Under the pieces are notes generated by a model, which searched no databases, was not told the origin of the DNA, and worked only from the letters and a program-made list of their open reading frames with translations. Shown piece after piece: positions 22,899-37,000 of a DNA stretch of 64,000 bases. How positions within the stretch are numbered: position 1 is the first letter of the stretch; the number at the start of each line of letters is the position of its first letter. Location: the NCBI GenBank assembly GCA_004764695.1, contig SMSO01000025.1, forward strand, positions 3,596,001 to 3,660,000, read 5' to 3'. The position numbers and the translations under genes were made by a program. The DNA is from Schizochytrium sp. TIO01 (Eukaryota; Protista; Bigyra: Labyrinthulomycetes).

Positions 22899-23636
22899 TT
22901 AGAAGTGCTTTTGCTTGATATCATCAAGTGCAAGCTTATATGCCTTGGCAGCTTCTTCTTCGTCGTCGAAATAGCCAACATGCTGGCGAATACCACGAAT
23001 CTTAACCTGTACCACCCATTTTTTGGTGCGCTTGTACCAGCAGACACCCTTAAATTGAGAAGTGAGCTTCTGGTTTCTCGTGCTAAGCTCACAGCCATTA
23101 GAGGCAATCACAAGGAGTTTACCCTTGGTACCCTTGGGTCTGGGGATTCGAGACTGCAAGCAGTCCTTGCGGACGGGTTCTTTCGAGTTACTAGCCGTCG
23201 CGGTCGGGCGTGCATGCATCTCAGGTGCAATGTGAAATGAACTAGGTTGCATGCAGACATCGCGAGGTGAGTTCGGGACAGAGGTTGCCAAGGCTTGTTC
23301 AGGTTGGGGACTGCCATGGACCTGAATATCTTCACAATCAATCTCTTCATAGGTAGATGCAGGAACCTCAGGCTCCACTTTGACCTCTGTGGGAGCAGAT
23401 GTTGCATTGTAAGACGGGCACACCGACATGTTTTGACGTTGTTGTTGTGTTACCACCTGCTGGTGCTGACGCTGCATATACTGCATAGCATAGAGATGCT
23501 GTTGTTGCTGCTGCTGTTGATAGAGCTCATCCTCTTCAAAGAGCTTGCTGTAGTCAATATCAAGCACAAGGTCCTCGAGTTTCAAAGGCGTCCACGCCAC
23601 TCCGGCAGGTTGTGCTACAACGGAGGAGTTCATCAT
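22899..23636 (-). CDS. AP2/ERF-domain transcription factor 1 (ApiAP2-like, Gln-rich N-terminus)
   Basis: C-terminal TSQFKGVCWYKRTKKWVVQVKIRGIRQHVGYFDDEEEAAKAY is an AP2 domain. Poly-Q and acidic region upstream of it. Confidence 0.9.
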   Translation of the reverse strand: MMNSSVVAQPAGVAWTPLKLEDLVLDIDYSKLFEEDELYQQQQQQQHLYAMQYMQRQHQQVVTQQQRQNMSVCPSYNATSAPTEVKVEPEVPASTYEEIDCEDIQVHGSPQPEQALATSVPNSPRDVCMQPSSFHIAPEMHARPTATASNSKEPVRKDCLQSRIPRPKGTKGKLLVIASNGCELSTRNQKLTSQFKGVCWYKRTKKWVVQVKIRGIRQHVGYFDDEEEAAKAYKLALDDIKQKHF

Positions 23637-23765
23637 TGTTATTTATAATACTGCGTTGTTGACTGCACGAGAGAAACAGTTTTGCTGTCACTCTTGTTGC
23701 TGTTCTTGCCAAGCGAGTTGTGTTGCTCGCGTTGCATGTTTGCTGACAAATAGGCTCCTCGGTGT

Positions 23766-23796
23766 GAATGATTCTTTATTTTTGTTTATATTTATA
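23766..23796 (-). promoter_or_regulatory. Possible core promoter of AP2 gene 1 (TATAAATATAAA ... TCATTC initiator-like)
   Basis: The minus strand reads TATAAATATAAACAAAAATAAAGAATCATTCACAC about 130-160 nt before the ATG. The AT-rich context lowers specificity. Confidence 0.3.
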
Positions 23797-26700
23797 ATTT
23801 ATTAAAAAAGAAAGATTATGAAAAAGAAGCAAAATTAAATGAACAAACAAATGTCTATACTGAGAAATAAAATAAAATAAGTTTTGTACAAATGCTAGCA
23901 TGCTGTAAAGAACACCTTATATTTAATAAATATAAAATAAAACAAATCTTTCAAAAGTATTAAAAAATAAAATGAAATTTAACACTGTCAATCTTAAGCA
24001 GGCGACACTCCAAGAGGATGGCAACTTCCATTTTGCGAGGTGGTCGATGAATTCGAGGGAGGAAGATGCTACGCCCTCTGGAAATACTAGGATCCCTATC
24101 ATCGCCCCTATGAGAAACATTACAACCCATAGCAGGCTCTATGAGAGAGGGTAGTTTTAGATGAAAAAAAAACTCTTTTTTCTCTCAGGAAACACCAATC
24201 CATAGCTTTAAAAATTGAATTGCCTGCTTCTGCCCAGCAGTTGCTATTATTGAGTATCTACTTCCATCTCTCTATCACCCAGAGCTGAAACTAGCAGCCT
24301 ATTGATCCTCAATCAAACTCGGGTTGCGAAGAATTTCTTTTACTAGTAAAATACTATAAAGCAGAATTATTTAGAAAGTTAGAAACAAATAACAAAAGCA
24401 GACCCGCAGAACTTGGCCGTTCATTTGGCTCTTCCATGGTGCCGGGTACGGTCAGGTTTTGAAGCGTCGATTTCTCCTACTGGGTCACTGCTTCCGCACC
24501 GGGAGTAGCGCTCGCGTGCCACGCACATCCACACGCACATTGGCATGCTCACGCCTTAGCCTGTGTCAAAAAGGGAGAACTTGAACTTCTGATTGCTCGC
24601 ACTACTCCCTCTTTCAAAGGAGATAACAAAAGTTTTTGTCGTGGGGCGGAGCGCGTGCACAGCTCGTTCTTTTTTTTTTGCTCGTCCCCTGCACTTCTTC
24701 CTCTTTTTCTATTCTGAGATCTTCCATTGCAAGCAAAAAAAAAATAAAAATGAAAAGTTTTCTCAATGATTCAGTTTGCATATCAGTAGAGAAAGGAGAA
24801 GAAGCCTCCATTGTATAGATTCTTTTGAGTTGAACAATTAAATGGACCGAAGAAAGGCAGTTCAAGGCAACTGTCTGGCTAAATATTTCTCTCTACCCTA
24901 CATAGTAGGCCTTTTTTTTTTAAATCCGTGAAAGAATATAACATGGCTAGTATTTACTTTAACAGTACTAAAGTGTTTGCAGCAAAAAGAAACAAAAATT
25001 TGAAGAAAAGAGAACATATTGTTCCGACTTTTCTTGATGGTAAAGTCCTGAGATATATTGAAAGGCTCGTTCACGACATGAGTTCAAACCAAGGTGCTAG
25101 ACGCAAACTCTTTTGCCAACCCATTGTTTATAACTGGATGTCGTATTGGCTCATGTAGCAGAGCCGTATTCATTTGTTGATAGGTCGCGATCACATATTT
25201 CCTCTTGACAGTTTAAACTAAAAAGCACAGAGAAACTGAAGCGGCACCCAAGTTTGGAAGTGATAATTGGTACGCAGGAGAGCTTAGAACTTCTGCCATG
25301 AGTTTTAAAAACTTTCAAACACGCTTGTGCTTTTATGTTTAGTTTCAGTTATGAATGGTTTCGGTTCTTCTCTCTTTGGTTCTTCTTCAACAAATGCAAT
25401 AATGCATACGTCATTTCTTTGGCAGTAGGATGATGAGTGTCCAAAGTGAGCATTTGGTGTGCCAAATGGCTTGAAATAGATCAAGAGCTTCCAGCGATGA
25501 ACGTTTGAATAGTTAAGCCTCTTGTTTATGTGATCCCATGCATATGTCAGTAAAGCACTCTTTCGCAAATGTTAAGTCCAATATTATGAGCGACTTGGAG
25601 TCTGGCGATAAATCAGCTGATATAATCACGTTATAGTGTGTTTATGTTGTTACAATAGAAAGCATTAGAAGATTTCATCTAGGAGCAATTTTACCAATTT
25701 CTCATTTTTAAGAATTTGAAAGAGTACCTATCACATGTTATATTATGATTGTAGAGTTATTAAAAAATATATATCATTTTAAAAAAATTAAAACATTATA
25801 TTTTTTCGTGGGTTACGAAATCGGACATTTTTATTTAACAGGGGAGAAAATTTAAGTGGCAGTGATTCATGGTGGCACACGCTCTCTGCATAAATAGCAG
25901 TTCACGAAGATCTGCCCAAATACGAAAATAACACTGCAACTTAGCGCTTCATAGCAGGAAGGTTAAAACATCAATGGAATTATTTTCGATACTCCTACAG
26001 CTTTGTTGCATTTCCACCTCAAGGTCATGAGTGGGCCAATAAATACCCAGCTAGCTAACCTCAAATTTCTTAGGCAAATACCAGTAGCTTCCAAAAGCGC
26101 AGATCTGGTGACTACGCAGATCTTCGTAGGCAACAAGAAAATTTTGTCTTAAGATGTCAGCATCATCATCAGGCTGATGATAACATTGGCACCTAACAGA
26201 AACAATATGTATGGGTCTCTATTTTTTTCAATTAAAAAAAATAAACAAACTATTTTCTTAAATTAAAATAGTTTTAAAAAATAATAAAGGACAAAAGGTA
26301 AGTTGGTATTGCGAAGGGATTGCTTATAACCGGTCGAGACGTGACTTTTGTGACTGCTGTGCGCACATCTTGCTCGCGAGTGACATCTTGGAAGGGCCAT
26401 TACAGGTGAAGAACCTGTCTTTTCGTGATCTCTGCTGGCGCGAAGAGATTTATGCAAATTCTAAAATAACAGTCAACACTCTATTCTCTTTGCGACATTA
26501 GCAGGGGCGAAATTCAAATGTGTCAACTCTGAGCTTTTTTCTTTTGCTAAGGGATATTGCCATGCATCGAACATATAACATCGTAGGCCTTTTCCCAAAA
26601 TTTGCGAGACTCTTCCGTGACCACTCAACCAGCTAGTGATAGCAGGATCTTTATGAAGTAGTCTTGACAAACATTGCTCTAAGAGTAGGTAGCCTAAACA

Positions 26701-28329
26701 ACGCTCACTACCACAATATCAATTTAATTCCAATAATCTTGAGAGAATTGATTTGTAATTGAGATACTCTAACTTAGGGGAGTTGGATTTCAAAAAGAAC
26801 CAAACTCTGGCTCGGATGGTGCATATCTCAAAGCTTGAATATTGGGTGAAGAAAACTTCACTAGATATCCTGCATCTCGTTTCTCCACCCAAAACCAAAC
26901 CCTTTCTCTCTAACTCTCAATATTGGTTTTCACGAAAAATTAATTCGTTTTCTTTGGTTGTTGCCTATATCCATGGCTGAAAAGCAAACTAAGAGCGTAC
27001 GTTTTGCTCGAACAATTTGCAATCTGTATTACAGATTTTTGGATAGGCAACAAAAGTGGAAGTGATTAAAGGGACAACCCATTTTATATATACAAGCATG
27101 TCTACCCATATAGTACAATTTCTTTGCGCGTTTGTGAAAAACAGCCATCATCAAATTTTGTACCCCCGTGGTAATATGCGTCACTGCCACCTCAGGACTA
27201 ATAGTGCTAGACCTCCTATATACTGCGTGTGACTATGTGATGCACAACCTATTCTGGGGCAGTACTACATTCTTTGGCAATACTACCAGCTTTGAAGCAT
27301 CCGTTTTGTGTTGTTGCGAAGTTGTCCTCACACTCGTTAGTTTAGGTATCTATTGTATGGAAAAAGTGATCCAACGAAAATTCTTCTGGTTGCTAGACTT
27401 TCACTTCCCACTGAAGGCAGATCGAAAGGTGCCGTTATTTTTCACTTGATCGTTGTTAGCGACATTTGCAAATCAGGGTTCAGGCGAAGTCAAGAATCTA
27501 ATACCACTCAGACGATGCATAGACAGCTACAATTCGAAAAAATAATTGGCATCAACTTGTATATCTGGATTCCTTTGCCGTGAAGACCTGGACCCAGCAC
27601 CCATCACAATGATTTCTTCACTTTTAAAAAACGTTTATATATCTATATATAAATTTAAAATTAAAAGGAAATTTACAAAATAAACAGGCTGGATGCCATA
27701 GAGGGAAAAAGAAAGGAAAAGGAAGTAGTAAGGAAAAGAGAAACAAAAATCATTCTTCTTTTTTTTGCACGGACCAGACAACACAAATTGGTGAGACATC
27801 CACTCAAACTCATACTAAAAGAGTGTGGCGTAGAGATCTTGACGCAAGTGTGGCTGCAGACTAAAATGACTTAAACAGCTTTTCACCCTTTGTAAAAGTA
27901 TGATGGGTGAAGACGCGCCATGGATTCCTCATTTGTTCAACTTGAACAGTAGAATGCTGGGGCTGATGAGGAAGCTGGTTTGATAGCCAAGATACCTTGG
28001 TGTTGTTCGCGGCTTTGAAGGTCTCTAGGGTTTATTTTAGGTCCGTCGCTGGCTGGTCCGAACAACTTGATACGTACTAGCACGTGGATCCTTCAAATTA
28101 TTGCATCGCATGCTTTCTAGTACAAACAATATACGTAACTATTGATAAACCTCGGCACAGCGCGTAGAGGTGGTGATGACTATAGGAACTTTCAGGCAAT
28201 ATTCCTGTTATTGAGTTTATTCGCAGTAGAAGTGCTACGACTGTAGGAAGATGAAAGTTAGTAAAGTACAAGTAATGATACTGGGTGCTGTGAGAGTCAC
28301 CATTGATCCTCGTCCTTGAGGATGTTGGT

Positions 28330-30420
28330 GAAGAGCGAAAGGAGAGAAGAGGAGGAGGAGGGCGATGCTATTGATGGAGTATGAGGAGGAGGTGGAGTTG
28401 GTGGAAACAACTTTAAAGTAATGCCAAGCTCCCATTATGATTAACCCATTTTCAGTTGTATGACTTGATCACTAGAGGGACTTGTTTCGGACAAGTCCTA
28501 GGGTTGGTGAGGTGTCTGAAGGAAATAATTCAGAGAAATCCAGGCAATGAAAATTTATCTTTACCTCGTAGGAGAAGGAGAAACATATACGCAAGGTTTG
28601 CCACGACAGCATCAGTCGCTAGACACACGTTGATGATGCAAGGTCCTGTCGAGCAGAAGTTCTATTATGCAAAAGAAATATCCTTTCAAGGCAATCGCAC
28701 ATTCGGCTTCTCTGCTCAAGCTTTATTTTGAAGCGCACACCAGAAGAGTGTTATAGGTCCGCAAGAACTACTGCCACCAAAATCCCCGCTTCCGCACCCT
28801 TAAGAAACATGGCTAATTACTAATTGCCCAATCATAGTGTGGTCTATCGTCGAGAAGCAGTTTAGCTCCTTGGGGAACTGCATTTTGCCTTCAACTGTCT
28901 CCGAGTTGATATATTCCTGCAGCCTTGTTACTTGGCGTTATCTCTGATAGACTACTCAGTCCGTCATCTCTCGAAAACAAAGGAGATCCTAAAATGAATA
29001 TTGAAGTGTCAATGAATGCACCATCCAAATTCAAATTTCTTGAAATCGTAAATTCTTGGCATCATTCATATTTGTTACAGTTATCCTCTATCTTCAAATA
29101 TTCGTGCATGTCTCACTCTTTGAGGTTTCTGATTCTCCAATTTCATTTAAAGTGGTTCATTATCTGAATCGTTTATCGGGAATGAGGCCTGAAATACATA
29201 CATAGAAAATGTGAAAGATGGGTTTTGCAAATATTGAATTGGCTTTTCAAGAAACATTGATCGGTTGGGTAATTTGCTTTTCTAGGGCAATATTCTATTG
29301 AGCTGTAAAAGTGTTAAAACCGTACTTTTAAAATGGGCTTTGATCTAAATTTGACAGGTGATGTCGCTAGAAACTGACCAATAAATTAGCCACAGAAAGA
29401 CTAGAAGAAAAGTGACTGCAAAGCCCAAGTCTTCAAAAGTCAGGATAGTATTACAGAAATGGTGAAATGATATCGCCGCCACATTTTTCAAGATTCCCGT
29501 TACATCGAAGAATTTTATTCGTGATTGGATGCAACTTGAAATGCATCACAAATGCAACTATATCGATCTATCGCTTTGGTTTTGGTCCGATTGGTATCTC
29601 TCACGCCTTAATGCATTTATGTAATCGACATATATTATTAAATAGAGATACGATTGAATGGTCCATCTCTAGGGTAGAAGGAAATCAAATGCAGGGAAAA
29701 CAAGGAATGCAAGGAAAGCAAGGTGTCTACTTGAGTTGTCTTTTTAACAGTAGTTTGCCTCAATTTTTTTTACACATATTATACTTTTTCTTTATGCCTA
29801 TTTCTTTAATTTTAAAGTTTTTAGAAACGTCTACAAAAAATAAAATAAATATTAAAGCTTAAAATATGAGTGTGAAATTGTAAGTGTGGCATTTTCGGAA
29901 GAAGAGCACCAAAGCAATGGCGTTTTATAAATAAAATTGAGAAAGAAATAAGTTGCGCTTGTGGTGTATCTCTTAAAATTTGATGCTTAGAAATGTGGCT
30001 TCTTAGAACATAACTTTGTTGCTCGTGCATAAACACTGTGTCCACCAGCGTAGTTGAGAGGCAACTTTCTTTTGTATCTAGGCCTATATTAATGAATCTC
30101 ACAAAGCCATTATATCTACAATAGGTTTATTTCATCTCCAAAAGCTCCAGGAGTCATGGCTAATGTTCTCGTTGGGTTGATCATTTCAAAACATTTTGTT
30201 AACCCATGTGAATGTTGCAACTATTGGATTGCGATACACCTTCCCAATAACTCAAGAAAACCAAAGAACATATCCCCAAAAGATGGACAAAATTTATATC
30301 GACCATACTCTCTAGCATCAATAACTAATGGAAATTTATCTTCGAATAAGATTTACAGCTCCATAAGCGCGTCTGAGTTAGCTAAGCTATTCAACATTTT
30401 TTGGAGTGTCCAATACTCTA
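28330..30420 (-). pseudogene. Possible decayed gene for an FG-GAP/beta-propeller-like membrane protein
   Basis: Long minus-strand frames with sparse stops, containing LVIDAREYG, TLAMTPGAFGD, EDLGFAV...LLVS and FILGSPLF...AAGIYQL, then hydrophobic AEAGILVAVVLA and FPPTPPPPHTPS. The motif matches are weak. Confidence 0.27.
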
Positions 30421-30759
30421 GCAGGTGAGAACTCTTAATTTGTCCCATGAGTTTTCTCTCATGTTAATAATATTTTACTTAAATTAAACAACCGAGATAA
30501 TATAGTCCAGATGTAGAGTTTACAAACCTGAGGAGTTGAAAACTATGGCATGTCTTTAAAATATACAGAGGCGAAACTTTGTCAACTCTATCGCAAAGAC
30601 ATCGTTGGGACAAGAAGAAAGGTATAGCTTGCAAGGCATTGGTGTTTTCAAGTTCATAATAGAGAGACACTAAAAATATTCTTTGGGTAGATGTTTTGCT
30701 CTACACAACTTTGATGTCCCTCATAGTATTGGGGTTTCCCAAGTTTGGTCATTGCAAAA

Positions 30760-30777
30760 CAGAAGAAGAAGAAGAAG

Positions 30778-30807
<30 letters not shown>
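30760..30807. repeat. (AGA)n trinucleotide microsatellite
   Basis: Uninterrupted AGA run seen directly. Confidence 0.9.
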
Positions 30808-30810
<3 letters not shown>

Positions 30811-33601
30811 TAGTAGTTCTCTTTTTGTCAATACACCCATTTTAAACGTTTGTAATAAAAATTAAATAAATATATTTCAATGAAGCGCAGTCATGCGAGC
30901 AGTGAAAAGAGTAAAGGCCATGGTTTAGATGTCGGGCCCGCACAAGTTATAGTGATTCTTCTCTTGTATAGGGTTTAGGTTATTTCGTCCAATAGCAAAG
31001 CGCGCGCTGAGCCCCTTTTTAATGAAAGTTGATTGATGTTAAAAATAAAAACTGGTTATACCCCAGTCAATGGCAAACTCCTACAATCCTAGAGTTAGAT
31101 GAAGCACGAAACGGTGCTACTAAAGCGTAAAAGGATAACGAGTGATTAAACTATATACCGATGTATCATTTGTGAAGAATAGAAAAGAACCTATCTACTG
31201 TCACGAAAAGCACTAGTCTGTAATTGTCAGTATGCAAAAGTGTGAAGCCCTAAGACTTTCCATAGCTGAGCACCTATGCTATGAATGAGTGAATCGTGGC
31301 AGCGAGCAGAAAGACCCTAAAAAAGAACCACTTTGCAGTTCTTTATATTTGATGAGGAAACGAGTGAGCTTTGCGCCAACCATTAAGCGCCTCGTCACGG
31401 GGTACAGCTGTTGACGTCACCGTCCAACGGCAGGCTTTAAGATAGTTGTTTAACTAAGAACTTATGTGTGTCAAAACGCATACTAAACCATTTGGCCCTG
31501 AATGAATGGTGCTGGTTGGGGTCACAGATAGTCGCTTCCAGTCTGAGGGTGTTGATATTAATTAAAACTGATTCATCCTCTTACTTACGAGACAGTTCAT
31601 TTCATGACCTCTACCATCATAATCTGCTCCTAGAAACTGTTTTCTAAACAATATCAGGAATATGACGGATGATACAACGTAGTACCAAGAGTCTAACTTG
31701 CAACAAATGGAGTGGCCCCAGTGAAAAATAATTGTTTTGACTTGGCAGTGCTCTGGTTAAGTTTGCTTGCCCATCGTGGAGCCTACTCTCAGAGCGACGA
31801 GCAGAGTTGATGCAATCAAATTGAAACTTTATGCTGACGTGTTGTGTTGGCTAACAGAATCACCGAATGCATAAAAAATGGTTTTATCTTATTTTTTAAA
31901 GAGGAAAAAATAAAATAAGATTGCACACAAAAACGTTTCAATAAGAATGACTAAAAATTGTGCTTTAAAATAAAATAGAAAAATCAACATAAGTTTGAGA
32001 GTTGTTCCTTTAAGATAAAGAGACTATGTAATTGTATTTAATACCAGGGACATATATATATATAAGTAGTGCAACAACTCGATTAGTAGTCGCTAGACAA
32101 TTCACTTGTTCATGACCTTTTTGAATGGCCATTTATCATTTGAAGCAATTTATTGTGCTTTTTGAAGTCTACGATTTGCTCAAAGAAAAATTCCATTGTT
32201 GTTGATCCGAATGGCATTATAATTGCCAAACTAGATTTTGCTTATTTTAATTGGATGTCTAAACGCCTCGTATAAATAGTACGATGGAGAAACAGAAGAA
32301 ACGCTAATTGTCGAGTAAGCTTACTGGAATTCTCAATTCATACTCCAGCATTTCAGTTTTAGTGTCGTGCCTAATTCTTAAATCTTGAAAAGTTGCATTT
32401 CAAAATTTGCACAACTCTTTTCTCAAACACACACTGAGAAAAAGCTTCATACTCACTTAAATTATTCCGCCTCCAAAATATTAAGATCAGAAGCTGCACT
32501 ATCTTGACCAACGTCCCTACATAGTCTAACATTGCAATATTTGCGGAATGAAGTATTTAGTACATTGCTAGTCCATTAGTTACACTAATGTTTCAAAGTC
32601 AGAAATTCTAACTGCATTGATGCAACTCAAATAATTGACGGAGGAGGTTTGGTTTGATCTATCGCACGGAGGAAAGGAAATTTGGCTTAACGACTCAATC
32701 CAACAACCTCTCCTTGCCCGCGTACAAATACACTAAAATGATATACTATTAAAGTGAACGTCAAACTACATTCGGTCAGCCTAAAACCTCAAGTACCCCA
32801 GAAGGCGTAGGTATTTTAAGTTGGGCACCTTCATTTCGTGATTTCGTGGACCTTTCCTAGACAACACAAAAAGTTAGTTATTCAACTCACAGTAGTCAGA
32901 GTTAACAGGTTAAACTCTTTTAGCTTGTGTAAAAACTCAAGCCAAAACAATAATTCATTAGTGCTTTATATCTATTCTGTAAAGCACGGCACTGTGCCAT
33001 AGACCTTCGTGACATTGACCAGGCCATGTCAAGTGTTTTACTGCTAATCTATTGTTTAAAGAATTTTTTTGGAATGCTCCGTGGGACATGATAAGCTATT
33101 TCTTTTTCTAATTAAAAACTTTTCTTTAAAAAAAATTAAAGATTAGAATAAAAACCTTTTAAGATGTTGAAAGTTACATATATATGTTATATTTATTCAT
33201 TAAGAAGAAAAGACCTTAAAAGGGAGCTTTCCAGCAGTACAAATCGCGGCACGTGCAAGTCAGCTCCGATAGGAAGCAGTGCGTGAGGAGAAAGAGAAAT
33301 CTTCTTCCGCGGATTCTTTGATGGCCAAACAGTGCCAGTTTTGGACAGTGCTAGCCTCGCTCATGTGCTCGTGGTGACCGATTTCCGGTAGTCCGAATAC
33401 TGGGCGGCCTGGTTCAACAATACTGGCTCACTGGCTGTATGATTAAGTTTGACGCGCGTTCTTGAAGATGCTAGACTCTGGCTGGAGCTTGCCGAGAAAG
33501 TGTCACACCCCGCCTTGATATTTTTTTCACATGCCTATGCAAATCACACACCTGCTGCCCCGCTCGATCATGGATCCTCCTGAGCGCTGCTGACTCTCTG
33601 A

Positions 33602-34042
33602 ATGAAAATTGGTGATTTACGCAAGATCATTATTTCTCAGTTCGGCCACGCCGACTATGACGGTTGTTGGAGACTCAATAGCGAGCGAGGGACGGCTGTG
33701 TATGTTAGGGTAATCCCATTCTCATTTCAGAATGATTCATTCATTAACTACTTTCCGGGAGTCCTTGCGTTTAATTATGAGTTGTTCTGGCACCTGCTAA
33801 AGTCCAAGTCGCCGCACTTCTATGGTGACGGTGGTGGACGAAGCTCTGCCAAGCTGGAGATCTTCGCGTGGCCAAAGATCATGCAGTGTGTCTATCGGAC
33901 TGGCTCAAGGTTGCCTCCTCCTGAAGCCCTATTTTTCTTAACTTCTACAGATGTCCTGATCGGCCCGGCACAAACCAAGCGAGGCTTCATGGCCTCAAGT
34001 TGCTGGCTAGATGCGGGACTTGAAAGGAGAAGGTCGCTGTAG
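33602..34042 (+). CDS. Orphan ORF, 146 aa, doubtful
   Basis: Longest ATG-started ORF in the 24-45 kb desert, preceded by an AT spike and a GC-rich patch. No recognisable motif. Confidence 0.2.
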   Translation: MKIGDLRKIIISQFGHADYDGCWRLNSERGTAVYVRVIPFSFQNDSFINYFPGVLAFNYELFWHLLKSKSPHFYGDGGGRSSAKLEIFAWPKIMQCVYRTGSRLPPPEALFFLTSTDVLIGPAQTKRGFMASSCWLDAGLERRRSL

Positions 34043-37000
34043 TATCGTTTTGTTGAGAGCAAGCTTTGTTTGAAAAGAGACCAATATATAGCTGCTATTG
34101 TCTTTGATTGATGAAGACAGGAACAACTTGAAAAGAACAAATTAGTATAAAAAAGGATTGGAAGGTCTAGGCTGCTCGTTGACTGGTTCCACTCAGTTCT
34201 CAAACAAAAATATCAACTATCGCTCATGACAAAAGTTGAGTGATTCGATCTGGACTGCACTGGCAGACCAAATATGTAGCCATCAACCTGTGGAGCAAAA
34301 CTGCATAGAAGCCTTCAAAGTGCTCATAATCAGAAACTGTCGTTGCGCCTTTTTCTCTTTCCTTTTTTCTTTTCCTGTTTAGCGAGCAAGCAAGCAACCA
34401 TACCCATCCATTAGCAAAACGAGTGCATTTCTTAGATTCGATCAAGTGCTCTGTTTAGCACAAGGGCGTATCAACCGCGACCGAAAGCAACAAGAGGCAA
34501 GAGGGATCGTATGATTATCTACTTATAAAATTCAGTCTGCCCAGGAAAAGATCGAATTCGATGGTTCGCTCCTCCAAATTACACTTTCTCTATTAGTGAT
34601 ACTAATTCTATCACTTTAATTGATTTACAGAAGGCGTGAATGATTGGTTCACGGCACACAATCGAGCTCTCTATCTGGTGTGCTCTTTGATCAGCTCCGC
34701 GCCTGCATGTCTACCAGTGACCGCTGGTGGGAGGCCAAAGTTTTCGGACAAGACACAGTTTCAACTAGCGCGTGGACATTCGGTCACATGCCAGTATTTT
34801 GACTTGGGTTTACGAAACTTGATGATAGTGATGATAATCTTATTACATCAACTCTAGCTGGGCCGTTCCTTGCTGTTAAAAAATGACATCACTTAGTACA
34901 TGGTCGGGTGAGCGAGTGAGCAGTTGTCCTGTTCATAAAGGGACGTTTTGCAGCGCACGAGCCCAGATTTCTTTGATTGACCCTGATGACCTAACGTGAC
35001 TCACGCACGAAATGTTGAAATTGCGGACAACTTCTAAATAAAGAGTATTCAGATCTTTTCTGCATTGTAGCTTTTGCTGCCTGACAAATTCTGATATCAA
35101 TGTTCTTACGGGATCGGCTTTTATAAACGGCAAACAAGCTGCTTCGATTCCATGTAAGGGTGAGAGACTGGTTATGTGGTGCAGTTTCTACATATACATT
35201 CCAATCGCCTTAAGTCTGGCAACCTGGGCGTGTGCCACGCCATGGTTTGGGTATACCTAGTAGCATAAAAACATTGTTTTGTCATGTTAAAATATCAAGT
35301 GTTTAGTAATTGTAAGAACTGTAACTTGAGTTGCGCCTAGGGAAATGATCTGAGTTTCTCCTATCCCAACTCGAGCCATCTCAGGAGCAATAGACAAAAA
35401 TACCTTTGACAGCAACAGCTTCACAGCAATGCACCACGCCAACGTGGGCTGCGGCTGTACTCTGATTAACAGTTCGGGCGAAACTGCTTGGAGATTATGT
35501 CGTCTTCTTTTTCTGTAAGAGTAGGTGGAATCTGATTCTATGTTGAGATTTATATTCCTCTAGCTAGAAAGTTAAAAGATGAAATATGAAGAAGGAACTT
35601 TGTTCACAACACTGGCATGCCCTAGAATGCAATTTTAAATAAAAATGCGCTGTGAAAGACTGAAAAGGTGTTTTTGAAAGCTCCTAAAATGATTGGTCTT
35701 GGAGCCCTGAACTTGGAATTAGTTCTTCTTTTACCCCACTTATTTCAAAACATGAATAGATTGAAAATACTAGTACCCGACTTGTTTTTTGAGAAAGGGG
35801 TATTTTTTTAATCGATTGATTGACTATCTTTGTTTGTGTGTTTCTCCTAGAGAGGAAAAAAAGGGAAATTGTGGCAGAACAGGGCTTGTGCCGAGTGGCC
35901 CACGCCCACTTTGGCAACTCACTGGACCTCGCTTTTGGGGCTTACTCGCGGCAAACAAGCGCTGCACAACTGATGCAATCTAAGAAAATGGACAGACCAG
36001 TGTCTTGATCACTGTGTATTTGTATACTACTCGCGTTCGAAGAGTTGGATGGTTCTCTTCGATTCCCGACGATTGTAACTTGGATATCTCAGACTTTCTG
36101 TGAACAATCAATCTTAAAAAAATTCTAAAAAAAATCTGATTGTTACTATCTAGCTAGTGTTTTAGATAGATACATATATATTAAAAATGTTTATTTGTAA
36201 ATGTGTTTCTCCACCACGATGGTGCTTCGACAGCGAGCTGCGCAGTCGCGACCGGAAAGCTGCGACGAGCCACAAACGCTCGCGATGTGGACGGCACAGA
36301 AAAGCTAGTACGCATTAAGAGGGTATCCTCGCTATCCATTCCGCAAGAGCTGATCAAGCAGAGTCGCGCAGGCTCTTCGCATACCCACGTTCACTCGCTC
36401 GCTCACACGCAGATTGAATGAACTAATGTTTATCTGTATTATTTGCAGTTTTATCATAGCTTGCCATAGTAAGGTTTTAGTGTTTCATGGGGATGTGCTG
36501 ATTTCCTTTCTTCCTTTCTTTTTTTTGAAGAGAAAAACATTGTTAATAATCAATCTATAAAACAGATCTACTAGATATACTTTTACAAATGAAAATAGCA
36601 CATAAACTACAGCTTTTTGGCTTGTCTCAGATTCACCTTGGTTTGGACCTCAACGCCTTTTCCTGTTTGGGGTTGTCTCTCAAAGCTGATCGTTATTCTG
36701 TTCATTTCGCCTACAATTCACCTCTACCATATTCACTTCATGGGCCAGCTCGCGGTGCAGATCTTCCTCTTCTCGTTCTTTCACTGCAGCAAAATTATAA
36801 ACTAATATGTTCCTACTCATGGATTCTTTAAGAATTCATTAGCAATAGAAATAGACCGCTTTTTCTTTAATGTTTATTTTCATTATTTTTCTTCATGTAA
36901 GGTCTAAAAGCCCTTCCTTCAGTTAATTTATATTTCAAAAGATAGCAATATAACACGAAAATCCTTCTGACGATCCATAATCACTCTAGCTTCACGCATA

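Noticed and set aside
28479-28498. GGACTTGT-TTCGG-ACAAGTCC hairpin resembling a UUCG tetraloop or terminator
   Set aside because: The loop register is not cUUCGg, there is no U tract, the context is eukaryotic, and an 8-bp stem is expected by chance.
29685-29725. Collagen-like QGKQGMQGKQG
   Set aside because: Only about four triplets from a 9-bp repeat in an otherwise non-coding-looking ORF.
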